A DNA stretch of 64,000 nucleotides from Eledone cirrhosa (Eukaryota). This document shows, piece after piece, positions 14,046 through 28,600 of the stretch. How positions within the stretch are numbered: position 1 is the first letter of the stretch; the number at the start of each line of letters is the position of its first letter. The translations under genes and the position numbers were made by a program. The stretch is from assembly GCA_964016885.1 (NCBI GenBank), contig OZ024743.1:4278001-4342000 (forward strand), given 5' to 3'. The notes beneath the pieces are model-generated. The model ran no database searches. It was not told the origin of the DNA and saw nothing but the letters and a program-made list of their open reading frames with translations.

Positions 14046-14158
14046 GATCTACCAAAATAAAACGGCAGTGTCCAATCCGTATGAAGAACTCAATGTAATC
14101 CAAATATAGAAGATATCATGAAGAGAGAAAATGCATTCAAAAGTCAACGATAAAAATC

Positions 14159-14321
14159 ATATCATGTTAAAGATCTATGTAAAAGAATTACAAATTATCC
14201 GAGGAGATAAACATACCTTCACATATACATGCCATCTTCAGAAGATGGCATGTATATGTGAAGGTATGTTTATCTCCTCGGATAATTTGTAATTTTTTTA
14301 CATAGATCTTTAACATGATAT
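14159..14321. repeat. Near-perfect fold-back, ~80-bp arms, 1-nt loop
   Basis: Centre catgccatcttc-a-gaagatggcatg. Confidence 0.92.
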
Positions 14322-14425
14322 ACATACCAACATACACATATATATCCCAGAAACGAGCGTAAAATGATAAATTTTTCAATATAAGAAATCGTTCTTTGTT
14401 TTTATTTCATTGTTTTTATTAATTT

Positions 14426-16300
<1,875 letters not shown>

Positions 16301-16582
16301 AACAAAGTGTATAATTTCAAAAAGTGTGAGAAACAATAGAACTAGCTATTTCTCTTATGGTAACTGTAAGATAAGGCAAAGTGGGTGTTACTGATGCAGC
16401 ATATGTGCATTATAGGCAGCAAACTGGAAAAATCGTTATGACACCGGTATGAGTGCCTAATGGTATATATTCCGGCTCGCTGTGGTCTAAGTTCAAATCC
16501 CGCCAAGGCCAGCTTTTATTCTTTCGATGTCGACAAGTAATCTACCAATCTAGTCCTGGTGCCAATTCTTTTCCTCTAAAAC

Positions 16583-16586
<4 letters not shown>

Positions 16587-16661
<75 letters not shown>
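16587..16661. repeat. (CT)n microsatellite
   Basis: Directly visible. Confidence 0.97.
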
Positions 16662-16675
<14 letters not shown>

Positions 16676-17369
16676 TTTTTGGAAGAAGCGGGCTGTTCAG
16701 ACCTGAAAATGAATCGGCTCCACCAAATGTACATTCACAACTCACACTGTATATCACTACGACGCAATAAAAGAGTTAAGAACCCATTACTACATGTTAT
16801 ATCCCCCGTCATTTAATAGCTAGCGACGCTACAAACAAGATAACATCCAAATATTCTCGTTTTTCTTCCAATTTTTACCTTTTACATTCTTCCTTTTACA
16901 GCCTTGTTACAAGGATATTTACAACACCATTTACATTGATGCTGCTTCCAAAACCTAAATCTTTAACATTTATATTGCAAGAAATGTTCATGATTATATG
17001 CAGCCGAAACATTAAAGGGATGTAGAGAGGCTGGTGGCTGAATAAGTATGATATAAGCCATGATAACCAGACATCGACAGAAAATATGAAAGATAGAGGT
17101 ACGTATTAACACGACTTTAAATATTCAAAGAAAAATTTTCTTTAGCATTCTTGTTATGCATCCACGCCCATGTTAAGCATAAACTGTAATCCTACATATA
17201 TTTACAGCTGTAAATATGTTCCATGGATACGTTTCAGTGTTTTGCCAAACAAAAATAAACAGACACGCAAACATACATTAAAAAGTAAACACATATATAG
17301 AAGACAGTTCTATATATACATATTTGTGCGTGTTCCAGAATATGTATAAACCACAACAGTAACACAAAC

Positions 17370-17541
17370 ACGCTCCATCTCAATTTTACTTTTGAAAAGG
17401 ATAAGAACTGTGAATTCGGTAAAGTTGAATAAATATTCTTAAAAGACTCCAGTTGCATTTTCAATTTCTTTTCCTTATACTTTCACCCGTGTAGGACATC
17501 ACGTTTTTTCTTTTTCCTTTTTTTTAAAAACTAATTTGCTG

Positions 17542-17545
<4 letters not shown>
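17370..17545 (+). mobile_element. Diverged family D copy with degenerate hammerhead (17389-17424), followed by (TA)n
   Basis: Similar to 23150-23337 (ctccatctcaa..cttttgaaaag..gactccagttgcattttc..cgtgtaggaca). Confidence 0.7.
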
Positions 17546-17606
<61 letters not shown>

Positions 17607-17719
17607 ATAAAGACTCCCTTCTTCTCTTTCATGGGTTTTGCACCTAGAAAGTTCCATTACGAAGCACAAACCTGGACCAGAGACCGATACAGCTTGGCAC
17701 CAGTGATATCGCAACTACA

Positions 17720-17770
<51 letters not shown>

Positions 17771-18383
17771 CGATATGCCTGTTGACAAAGGGACTCCGGA
17801 TTCGATCTTAGGATACATTGCTGACTTGCATATTGCGCAAACTTGGAGTGTTGATTTAGAATTCCTAGAAACCAATCAAAGATATTTTATAATATCTGTC
17901 GATCAGGTCCAAGTTCGTTGTAAGGTATTTGTATTTTCGTTGTTGTGGTAGCTTTATGTGTCATTTCTTACCCGGCCACAATTTTGAATTTATCACACCT
18001 TTAGCGTATGTTTATTACTCTGAAATTTAAGATATCGAGAAATCGATATCATCTTATTGAGTGGCTGTGCAAGTGTCTGAGGAATGTTCTATCGAAAGAT
18101 GCTAGCCTACCTACAACTTCTATTTTACACACTATCATTGTTTTAGATATACTAGCAGAAAAACCACCCTTCGGGTGGTTTTCTGCTAGCATATGCAGTG
18201 TGTATATTGATATTATACGCAAGTATATATATATATATACATGTAGATATGATACATCAAATAAAATCGTAATTGACAATATACACAGAAATTGAAGGAA
18301 GACTGCGTTACACTGTCTTATGTAATCAGTAACGTAATCCATGATACATTAAAAGAAGACGATATTATATATAAACTATAAAG

Positions 18384-18570
18384 GGCGGTGGATTGGCAGT
18401 ATCAGTAGAGGGTCGGACGCCATGCTTTCCAGCATAGTTACGTCCCTTTACAATCTGAGTTCAAATCCCGCCGAGGTTGACTTTGCCTTTCATCCTTACG
18501 GGGTCGATAAAATAAAGTACCAGTAATGCACTGGGTGATTGCTGGCCTTGTGCCTAAAGTAGAGACAATT
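18384..18570 (+). mobile_element. tRNA-derived SINE with 15-bp TSD
   Basis: Same family as 7776; attatatataaacta at 18364-18378 and 18568-18582. Confidence 0.88.
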
Positions 18571-18760
18571 ATATATAAACTACATTAGGAGAAAATTAGT
18601 GACAGCAATATATGTATGTTTATTTAAGCGATCGCTCACCGGAAGTGTTGACATTTCAAAAATGTTGAAAAAGTGAATATTTAAATAAACAATAAAATAT
18701 ATTTAATCAACAGCCACGAAATTTAGTAGATAAATTATGTAATATTCATTCATTATTTTT

Positions 18761-18935
18761 TATCGGTAGAGGGTTGGACGCCATGCTTTCTAGCATAGTT
18801 ACGCCCCTTTACAGTCTGAGTTCAAATCCCGCCGAGGTTGACTTTCCCTTTCATCCTTATGGGGTCGATAAAATAAAGTACCAGTAATGTACTGGGTAAT
18901 TGCTGGCCTTGTGCTTAAAGAAGAAACAATTATTT
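18761..18935 (+). mobile_element. SINE, 5'-truncated
   Basis: Same family as 7776. Confidence 0.85.
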
Positions 18936-20639
18936 ATTCAAAGTAATCCAACTTATTTTACTAATGGGATAAAAATGTATAAACCGTACGCAGTCCCGCG
19001 CTCCTTACTTTATTATAGTTTAGATATAGATTATATATATATATATATATATATATATGCGTGTGTGAGTGGGGGTGGTGCACATGCTTATTCAAGAGCA
19101 ATACAAAAGAATAGAAACACTTAAGTATGCCTTTCAAGATTTACAGCTTTCGAATAAATTATAGGTAAATCTAGCGAGTGTATGTAAACTGTTTGATATG
19201 TGATTCATTACAATAGAGGAATTCTGAAACTGTAAGTGGAACTTTACATGCAAAGAATTAGTATAAACATATATTATAAATACATACATCTGTTCTCTAA
19301 CTTAGTAGAGTTCCAACTCTTTTCTTATTTTATCATTATCTTTTCTTTTTCATTTCTAATTCTATTTCTATAAGATGTTTAACCCAAAACGTCCGTTCCT
19401 CTTCTCTTCCTTTTATTCCATGTAAATATTTCTATTGTACATACTTACTTTAAGATTGTGTGAAAATTATTTTATACAACGTGTCTTTTTACTTAATGAA
19501 ACAAAACAAACAAAATGATGCAAGAATACACAGTTACATTATGTTCACGCTTGGGGGAAATGTGGCAGGGGTCAACGTTTCGGAGAGAAGTCCTTCTTAA
19601 GGAAAGTTCAGAAAAGGAGAGAACAAGTAGGTATATGAAAGTAGTGTGTAAAAGTTAGGAAAGAAAGTTAGGAAAAGAGTGTTGGGAGAAGATAGATAGG
19701 AGTGCTTAACTCAGCACTGTCTGCGGCTTCAATACGAAAACACGCCTATATCAACAGGTGAATTTGTTTATTCAGATCCAGTTGGGATATTGATACGTCA
19801 TGGACAGCACGAAGAATTTACTTTTCGGTGGCACCATTAATCTCAGTAGAATCCAGCGACATCGTATATGTGATCTCAACGGTATCCTAGTGGCAACAAT
19901 GTAACTGATTAGTTTTCTTCCATGTGTATCCTACGCTGCTGGAGAGCTGAATGTTCAATTAATATATGAGGTAAACTTTGGCAGGTGTGATGCTGGTATT
20001 TTCATGGAGTGCATGCTAATTCGAGCTGTCTACTCCACCTCCACTCCCGAGTCGCGTGGAACTAAGGCAGTCTGTCCAGGGTCAGTGGTCTGTGTATGCC
20101 ATCTATATCGCTGTAAACATCCATATATTTAGTTTCACAAATCTCCCTTCTGCGGTTTATATACCGTTTTGGCCACCTAATCATCCCTTATTGGTATATA
20201 GTAACGTGATGGAGTCTTCGAACAGCTGCTTATGATATGGGTAAGGTTATCGGTCTTTATTTAATACGTTTGTATATATCTAGAATTTTTATCTGCATAT
20301 TTCCCCCTTGTAAGCATCAGGAATTTTATAGGTATTTCCTCTTCCTGGACTGCAAAATTATATCCTTCAGACAGAGCTAATGCACCAGTTGTTGATCCAA
20401 GATAAACTACATTGATTATTTATAATATTACTTAGTCAAGTATTTCTACTTATAAGCGTAAAGACTGATATATGGCTTTGTATTTTTGTCATCATTTAGG
20501 GATTACTTCTCAAGAATTACCTTCACCACTCTTATGATATTATCTGACGCATGTAGGCAGATTTCACTCATGGATGAGCTTTTACGCTCGGTAGTTAGTG
20601 GCGGCTGTGAAAGCAAATATTAAGCATTTGACTCCCTGT

Positions 20640-21003
20640 TTACGTTTTAGATAGAAGCATGTATATCACTGTTGATGGGAAAATTCCCGATGCCGTTTGA
20701 AATTTTTCTGCTTTTAACCTCAATAACTTTAGAGCCACTTCGTCTCCGAATTGAGATATCACAGCTCTGATACTAGTCCCAGAGCAAGATGGTTGGATAA
20801 CACCCTCGAGCTTGGCTGGTTTCGCTAGGGGATCCAGCTGGATCAGTTGAAGACGGTTGCTTCTGAAAGGACCCACTGGAAGGAGTATTTGAGGAATCTG
20901 CTCCTACCACCCTCTCAGAGCGAAGAAGAAGAAGAAGAAGAAGAAGAAGAAGAAGAAGAAGAAGAAGAAGAAGAAGAAGAAGAAGAAGAAGAAGAAGAAG
21001 AAG
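20640..21003 (+). mobile_element. Probable LINE (RTE-like) 3' end with (GAA)n tail
   Basis: GC-richer segment ending in (GAA)n at 20922-21003; clade assignment and 5' boundary are inference. Confidence 0.35.
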
Positions 21004-22035
21004 AGAGTCAACAATAATTTTAACAATAGTTTTAACACCAAGTAGTCCAAATATTTGTATGGGTACATATATAGCAACCACACTGTGGGCCGAGGATTTA
21101 TTGTACACAGAGTTCTGAAGACAATATTTAACTTATGCGGGTGTTATACTCCTGGTTATTTGTTTCTCGTTCCACATTTTTAGCATTCCTCGTCTGATAC
21201 ATGCCAAAGTCAGAGATATTACTAGTTTGGCTTGCTGATTTATCACACCTTACAATCAAGTAGGATGATTTACCTGGCCAATTTCCATACCTATATATTT
21301 CGACATACCTATATATAATACGTTTCTGCATGGCATTGATATTCTTGGCATACATTTTCAGATCGTTAGGTTGGTTTCCCCGGCCTCCTGTGAAGTAATT
21401 ACGTACCCTCAGCCAAAAATATATTCCTTCAGCTTAAAGTACAAGAGAGATCATCATGGTATAAATATCAACACAGATAGACTCTCTCCTTGAATCTAAT
21501 AAATTATCAGTGACAATATAGTGTCTTTGGATGCCTGTTGGTGCTATGGAACTATCGGTTGTTATATTTCTATGGTGTGGATGTGCATTATAATCCTATC
21601 CTGGGTTTGTTTATACCGCACAGAGGCTACATCCTGTGCTTAACACGGAGCTGTGATGATATAGATCTTGCTGAGTTGATATAGTAGTAATAATAATGTG
21701 GTCTATCTGATGTGGCTTGCACGACTGGTTTTTGTTATCTAAAAATGAACCTGCACACCATATAACAGATCTTTATTAAAATACCACACCGTAAGAACAA
21801 TACACAGTTGCTGCAAACCAGCATAACACCGCCTGATTTGCCGGTGAAATTTATTTTGTTTTGATAATACAAATATGTGCGTCATTATAATTTGTTGTTA
21901 GAATTTTGAAATATGTTAGAGGAAAACTATAATAGTAACTACAAAGCTACTTTCCATCTAGATACAGGGTAAATTTGTAGTTTAATTATTTGCCCGTAAC
22001 TGCCGTCAGTTCCGGTGAATCAAATTAATAACAAT

Positions 22036-22156
22036 AATTATAAGTGTTTCCACTATTGGCACAAGGCCAGCAATAATCCAGTACATAACTGGTACTTTAT
22101 TTTATCGACCCCGTAAGGATGAAAGGCAAAGTTAACCTCGGCGGGATTTGAACTCA
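22036..22156 (-). mobile_element. SINE 3' part
   Basis: Reverse complement matches the B-box-to-tail region of the 7776 copy. Confidence 0.85.
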
Positions 22157-22360
22157 ATAATTATAACATTCTGGTTTCATATGGCTAAAATTAACTTAGT
22201 TTATCCATAGTCGCTGTTATATATATTTCGGTGATAACCAATTTGAACAGAAAAAACAAAGAGAAAATAACATAACGATGGAATAAAGCTTACTTCTGTT
22301 ATTTCGATTTTTTTTATATGCCCAGTGCTGAAATTCGGTGTTGTTTTCTCAAGGCACTGG

Positions 22361-22389
<29 letters not shown>

Positions 22390-22391
<2 letters not shown>

Positions 22392-22563
22392 GGAACGAGT
22401 AGGACCCCGACGGCTGAGCTCAAACCCTTTCGACGGCTAATTCTGGACACTTGAGCTCAGCCGTCGGGGTCCTACTCGTTCCTATTACCCACTCTTCTAC
22501 CCTAAGTATTGAGTACTTTGGTGCGTTATGGTCCATCTGGTTCCGTACCACATTTCCTTCGTT
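22390..22563. mobile_element. Family B pLTR fragment with inverted partial copy, in (TA)n
   Basis: 22390-22448 minus orientation, 22450-22563 plus orientation. Confidence 0.85.
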
Positions 22564-22584
22564 ATATATATATATATATATATA

Positions 22585-22929
22585 TTAGAATTGGTGCTCT
22601 TAAATAGCGATATATATATGAATGTATATACAGAGTATTTTGCAATACACTGTATGCTTAATTAAAAGTATTTTGAAGACCTTACGCTATTGTTTTAGAG
22701 AAGAGACATTGAAAATCAAACATTCATGATTTTCAGCAAACAGGTGGAGTACTTAGCTTTCATAAGTACCAAATAGTACGAAACAGAGCTCTGTCAGCTT
22801 TATCTCCCCCTGTTTACTGAAAATTTAAAATAAGTGAGACTGTCACTACTCTAAAACAATAGCGTAAGGTCTTCAAAATGCTTTTAATTAAGCATACAGT
22901 GTATTGCAAAATACACTATATATACATTC

Positions 22930-22930
<1 letters not shown>
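22585..22930. mobile_element. Family C diverged copy with inverted tail, in (TA)n
   Basis: 22616-22700 is inverted relative to ~22848-22932; homologous to 3267-3925. Confidence 0.8.
22755..22799 (+). ncRNA. Hammerhead ribozyme fold, family C (G5>C, probably inactive)
   Basis: AGCT-TTCATAA-GTAC..GTAC-GAAA-CAGAGCTCTG-TC-AGCT. Confidence 0.65.
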
Positions 22931-22982
<52 letters not shown>

Positions 22983-23054
22983 AAGAAAAAAAGATGAAAT
23001 CGAAAATGCAACTGGAGTCTTATTATAAAAAAAATATATATATTTATTTGATTC

Positions 23055-23090
23055 CTTTACCGGTTTCGCAGTTCATCTGCTTTTCAAAAG
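23055..23090 (-). ncRNA. Minimal hammerhead ribozyme, family D, U3-A8 core
   Basis: Inverted copy of 23168-23203. Confidence 0.75.
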
Positions 23091-23167
23091 TAGAGTTAAG
23101 ATGGAGGGTCTGTGGTTTTTCTCACATATGATGTGAGAAAAACCACAGACCCTCCATCTCAACTCTA

Positions 23168-23203
23168 CTTTTGAAAAGCAGAAGAACTGCGAAACCGGTA
23201 AAG
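23168..23203 (+). ncRNA. Minimal hammerhead ribozyme, family D, U3-A8 core, palindromic stem III
   Basis: CTT-TTGAAAA-GCAG-AAGAA-CTGC-GAAA-CCGG-TA-AAG; predicted cut after 23200. Confidence 0.75.
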
Positions 23204-23332
23204 GAATCAAATAAATATATATATTTTTTTAATAATAAGACTCCAGTTGCATTTTCGATTTCATCTTTTTTTCTTTATACTTTCACTCGTGTAGGACACC
23301 TCGGTTATTTTTCATTTTGTAAAAAAAACCTC

Positions 23333-23429
<97 letters not shown>

Positions 23430-23431
23430 TA

Positions 23432-23462
<31 letters not shown>

Positions 23463-23899
23463 ACATAAATACATAAACGGAGAAAGCTATTAGCGATACT
23501 CCGACCAATTTCCAACTCACTCAACAAACATTAGGAAATACCGGAATATATTCCCAATTAAACGTTTGGGGTGCTAACTATATTGTATTGTGTGGATAAT
23601 CGGCTGTATTATTTTATATCAGATATATTAACATCTCACTCCCATACGATCGTTTCATTATAAGATTTCTACATGGTGGGTGAAATTTTACCAAGTTATG
23701 TAGAAGCTTGCGTAAGATCGATGGATTCCCATGCTCTTATAAATCTTCAGTGGGTGCCCAATAATATCAACATTAATAACTAAATCAACATTAATATTTA
23801 GCGATAATCTCCATCAGTGCTAGAAAGAGCTGCCTAGGTTGTATGTCCAGCAGTTCTACAGAAAACCTCACACTCTCCCCAAATATATATATATATATA

Positions 23900-24473
23900 A
23901 GGCAGCTCTGTTTATTGAGTTGTAATTCTTTTATGTTTATTGAGGCAATAAACATAAAAGAATTACAACCAAAATTAAATAGAAACATGAATGGAACAGC
24001 AACATCACAACTTACAATTAAGGACAAAATGAAAACACACACGCACATAGAACAAACAACCAACCGGTAACATGTAAATAAACAAATAAATAAACGAATA
24101 TAAACACACACAGACACCCGGATGTGGCGCATGCGCAGACTGAGCACACAACACACACACAGAAACAAAATGGCGTAGGACAGAACAAAGGAGAGGCACA
24201 AAAACAAAGAAAAGAATCCCCAGTCACTGAAGAGGTCACAGAATGTGTGACGAAAGAACTTTGACAATATATAAACAACTATCTGGTTGTGGAACCAACC
24301 AACCAACCAGAAATTTATAAATTCCTAAATTTATAAATGTATTATAATAAATTGAAGTGAAAGCAACTGGTGCGTGTGTTTCTTATTGGCAACATGACCC
24401 TCCCAAAGTGTAACAATATCGGTTTCAACACACGTTTTCAGATAAAGAATCTTGCTAAACAAATTCAGAAACG

Positions 24474-24476
<3 letters not shown>
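23900..24476 (+). mobile_element. Family A copy 3 with 5' fold-back (23919-23968), between (TA)n tracts
   Basis: Matches 1-451; gttgtaattcttttatgtttattg-agg-caataaacataaaagaattacaac. Confidence 0.8.
24223..24265 (+). ncRNA. Minimal type I hammerhead ribozyme, family A
   Basis: GTCA-CTGAAGA-G-GTCAC..GTGAC-GAAA-GAAC-TT-TGAC. Confidence 0.72.
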
Positions 24477-24519
<43 letters not shown>

Positions 24520-25140
24520 CGTATCATTTACTAACTGAAGCGGTACGAAGGGTTCAATCAGCGACATATGTCTCAACAGTAGTCGCTGTCAAAACGCCTA
24601 ATAAAATCCTTCTAGTAGTACCGTACCTCCAGCTGAACCTAAATGCACACGGATGCAAACATGTATCTAGTCTCATTTGCCTCAGAATCTCTGAATCCGA
24701 GAGCTACTATATGTTCAACTTATCTCTTACCACATTCTGGAATGGACTTTGAAAAGACTGCCTCGTGGACGAGTTCACCAATTTTTAAAAATATATACTC
24801 CAGGATATGGAAAACCTTTTTATTATTGAACATTTCTTTAATAAGTACTAGAGTTTCGTAAATATTAATACTTTTATTTTTGCAAACTCAACTAAGACGT
24901 ATGCGAATTTCCTATATGACAATAAATAAGTAGTGTGTCTGATGATCATAATATTAATTTATTATAAATTTGTGTTGGTGCTCTGAAATAGTAATGTATA
25001 TACGTACATGTTTATGTTCAGGTTTTAGTTTAAAATATATTGCACCACTAACGGAAAAAAACTCTAGAGCAATCTTGAATTTTGACTAGATTGGGCATGT
25101 GCAGAAAAGCTGGCCCACACCCACATGCATACACTTCTAC

Positions 25141-25205
<65 letters not shown>

Positions 25206-26384
25206 GAGAGGGAAAGATAGATAGAGAGAGAGAGATTGAAAGAGAGAGCGAGATATGATTCACAAATTGATGCAACGTGTGTTGTTCAAGTATTTATATT
25301 TCATACTTATTTTACGGGAACCTGTCCCCCCTGTAGAAGCTATAGTAACATATTCCTTCCGTAGATTTTGGCTGCTTCCTTATTACAGAACATCATATAT
25401 TCATTCTCCATGCTTTGTATTATTACTGTTATAAAGCTATGTTGGGTATTATACCAAATTAACAAGAAATAAATGAAGAAACAGTTTGGCAAGCAGGGTT
25501 TATGTTTGAATACATGTAAGCTTTTTCTCTTTTTTATTCGTGCTGCGAAAGGAAAGAGATGTAGTTGGAGAAAGAGATACATGCTTATTGAGTGAGAAAG
25601 TATAATAAAAAGAGGGGGAGATTTAAGAATGAACGATAGTAGTAAAATGTAGTGAGTTGCTTTGTACAACATGGGACAATTCTACACGATCGTTTCTGCT
25701 AATTGAAAGATAAGCCAAATATCTCACAAACAACAACATACTATTTAAATCCGCGATATACAATATGATGGGTCGGTGAAAGAACTAATTTATTCATCTC
25801 TTTACTCATTTAAAACTGACTTTGGATTAAACAAAACAGCGACTTGTAGTAAGAGAAAATTAAAGATTTAGTGAAGAAAAATAATCAGAAGACGGCTTTT
25901 AAAATGTTTCTCATTAACTTGGCGGATTATGCCTTTTTCATAAATGCGATTTAACTCTCTAGTGCTTTTACCACTCCTTAGATCGGTGAATATTGATGAA
26001 TTAATGAAAATTAAAATTACTTTCGTGATATTTAGAATCAAATTCTTTCAAATAGAACCTTAAATCTAAAACAATTTGCATACGATCAAGTCAAAAAAAT
26101 AACAAGCAATTATTTTAGAAGGGAGAACCATAATGTTGTCCACCTGTTTATAAGCCCCCTAAAATATGGAATCTTCACTTTTTATGGCGAAACATTCCCT
26201 TATTTGAGTCTGTTCAGGTGTTATAGTTATAAAAGGATGGTTTGTGCATTTTAGTTTATTCTTTTAATTGATATGTATTCTCCATCACTTTCGTAGACAA
26301 TATGATTTTCACTCTGGTGGTATTCTATCCCCTATAATTGAACAACAACCTCTTTGTGTATTTTTCTCTATATTCTGTTTTATG

Positions 26385-26456
<72 letters not shown>

Positions 26457-26579
26457 TAGAGATAGATAGACTGCATTTTTGTTTTTTAAGAATCCATTCT
26501 GATGATTGAAAACAAATTTTTTGCATTTAAGAAACCACTGGTAAATGGAATAATTTCCTTATGTTGTTTATTACATAAC

Positions 26580-26679
<100 letters not shown>

Positions 26680-26699
26680 CTATAAGAATCCAGCCTCTA

Positions 26700-26896
26700 T
26701 AATTTTCGGCAGAGGCGGGGAGTACGTTGCTCTGAGGATCACCAACAGTGTGAAACAGAATCTGTCAGCTTCTCTCCCTTGCTTTTCCGAAAAAAGAAGT
26801 AAGTGACATAGTCACTACTTTAAAAATGATAGTGCAAGGTCTTCAAAATGTTTTTAGTTAAACATACGGTATATTGCCAAATATACTATACATACA

Positions 26897-26900
<4 letters not shown>
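26700..26900 (+). mobile_element. Family C diverged copy, followed by (TA)n
   Basis: gtcactacttt..aaggtcttcaaaatg..tattg..atacattca shared with 3841-3925 and 22842-22930. Confidence 0.75.
26729..26769 (+). ncRNA. Hammerhead ribozyme, family C, canonical C3-G8 core
   Basis: GCT-CTGAGGA-TCAC-CAACA-GTGT-GAAA-CAGAATCTG-TC-AGC. Confidence 0.72.
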
Positions 26901-26946
<46 letters not shown>

Positions 26947-26949
<3 letters not shown>

Positions 26950-27084
26950 CGAAGGAAATGTGGTAAGGAACCAGATGGACCATAACGCACCAAAGTACTC
27001 AATACTTAGGGTAGTAGAGTGGGTAATCCAGAATTAGCCGTCGAAACGGCTTGAGCTCAGCCGTCGGGGTCCTACTCGTTCCTA
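26947..27084. mobile_element. Family B pLTR fragments joined in inverted orientation, in (TA)n
   Basis: 26947-27026 minus-orientation tail, 27027-27084 plus-orientation hammerhead 3' half. Confidence 0.85.
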
Positions 27085-27114
27085 TATATATATATATATA
27101 TATATATGTGTGCA

Positions 27115-27208
<94 letters not shown>

Positions 27209-27274
27209 TACATATATATATATATACGCATATATATATATTTATGTATATTATATATGTGTATATATATATGC

Positions 27275-27349
<75 letters not shown>

Positions 27350-27679
27350 CACATATATATATATATTCTTTATAGCTTACAAATAAGCCTCGTCCTAACC
27401 TACTATAACCTACCTCCCTTATGTCCACTCACTCTTCCGTGACAAACTGATGACAAGCAGAAACCCCCCTACCCTTAGTACAACACCGCACTCTTACGTG
27501 TCCTATCACGCACAGCCCTACCATACACACACCACACATAGCACCTCTACCTCACCACGTACACGCCGAGATGTCTATGACAAGCCCCAAAAGCACACCA
27601 CGCAACTCACATCGGCGATCCCTCCCAACCATCACCTCGTCACTATGTTCATCCCCCCATCTATCACAACAGAACCCTC

Positions 27680-28600
27680 TGTGTTCAGAGAACGTGAGGC
27701 CGCCTGTGAGACGTGGGACCAGTTGGGACTTAGCTCTGTAGAGGTCCCTCCTCCTTCTACTCCTGTTGACGTCAAGTCCTTCCAACGCACTTGGGATGCC
27801 ATCCAGTGCAGCCTGGCCTCAGACAGGCTCACGCGCCAGCTCGATCAGCACCGCCTTGCTTGTTTTCGTGCGGCCTCCAAACCCCACAGTGGTGCCTGCC
27901 TCCTTGCCCTGCCCTCCTTCTCCACTGGCACGCAGCTAGACAACCATAGCCTGCGCATCCGCGTTTCCCTGAGGCTCGGCCTCCGGATCTGCCAGCCACA
28001 CCAATGTCGCTGCGGTTCCACCGTGGACTCCTTCGGCCCCCACCCACTTTCCTGTCGCCACAATACCGGCCGCATTAAAGTCATGCTGCCCTCAACGAGT
28101 TCATTAAGCATGGCTTGGACGCTGCAGGCTTCCCTTCCCAGCTCGAGCCGGTGGGGCTGGATCGAGTGGACGGCAAAAGGCCAGATTGCATGACCATCTT
28201 CCCGTTCCGCGGTGGCAAACCCCTCGTCTGGGATGCCACTTGCAACGACACTTTCTGCAGCCGCAACCTGGTGCAGTCTGCGACTGACTCAGGTTCTGCT
28301 GCACGTCGGGATGAGGAGGCCAAACTCCTCAAATACCGGTCGCTCTCCGACAGGTTTGTGATCGTACCCCTGGCAGTGGAGACCTCTGGTGTCATTGGCC
28401 CCAGTGCTACCTCCTTACTCACCACCATAGGCGCTGAGCTGGCCATCCTCAGGTGTGAGCCCCGCGAGTTGGAGTGGCTTTTCCAGTGCGTCTCCCTTGC
28501 CTTCCTCCGGGGAAACGCCTTCTCCATTCTGTCCGCCGGGTCTGTGGGTGGGCCCCATCGCGTACCGTTGTAGTTGTTGTAGAAGAAACAGGAAGACAAC
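27680..28600 (+). mobile_element. CRE-like non-LTR retrotransposon 3' fragment (zinc finger plus RLE), frameshifted
   Basis: HSGA.L.ALP...LRLG..IC.PHQCRCG....H.LSC, then LEP.GL.R.DGKRPD...LVWDATC.DT...K..KY...P.AVETSG. Confidence 0.85.

Larger units (their letters stand above)
22981..23337. mobile_element. Family D palindromic element, ~150-bp arms, in (TA)n
   Basis: 22981-23128 is the reverse complement of ~23133-23279 with a few substitutions. Confidence 0.85.
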
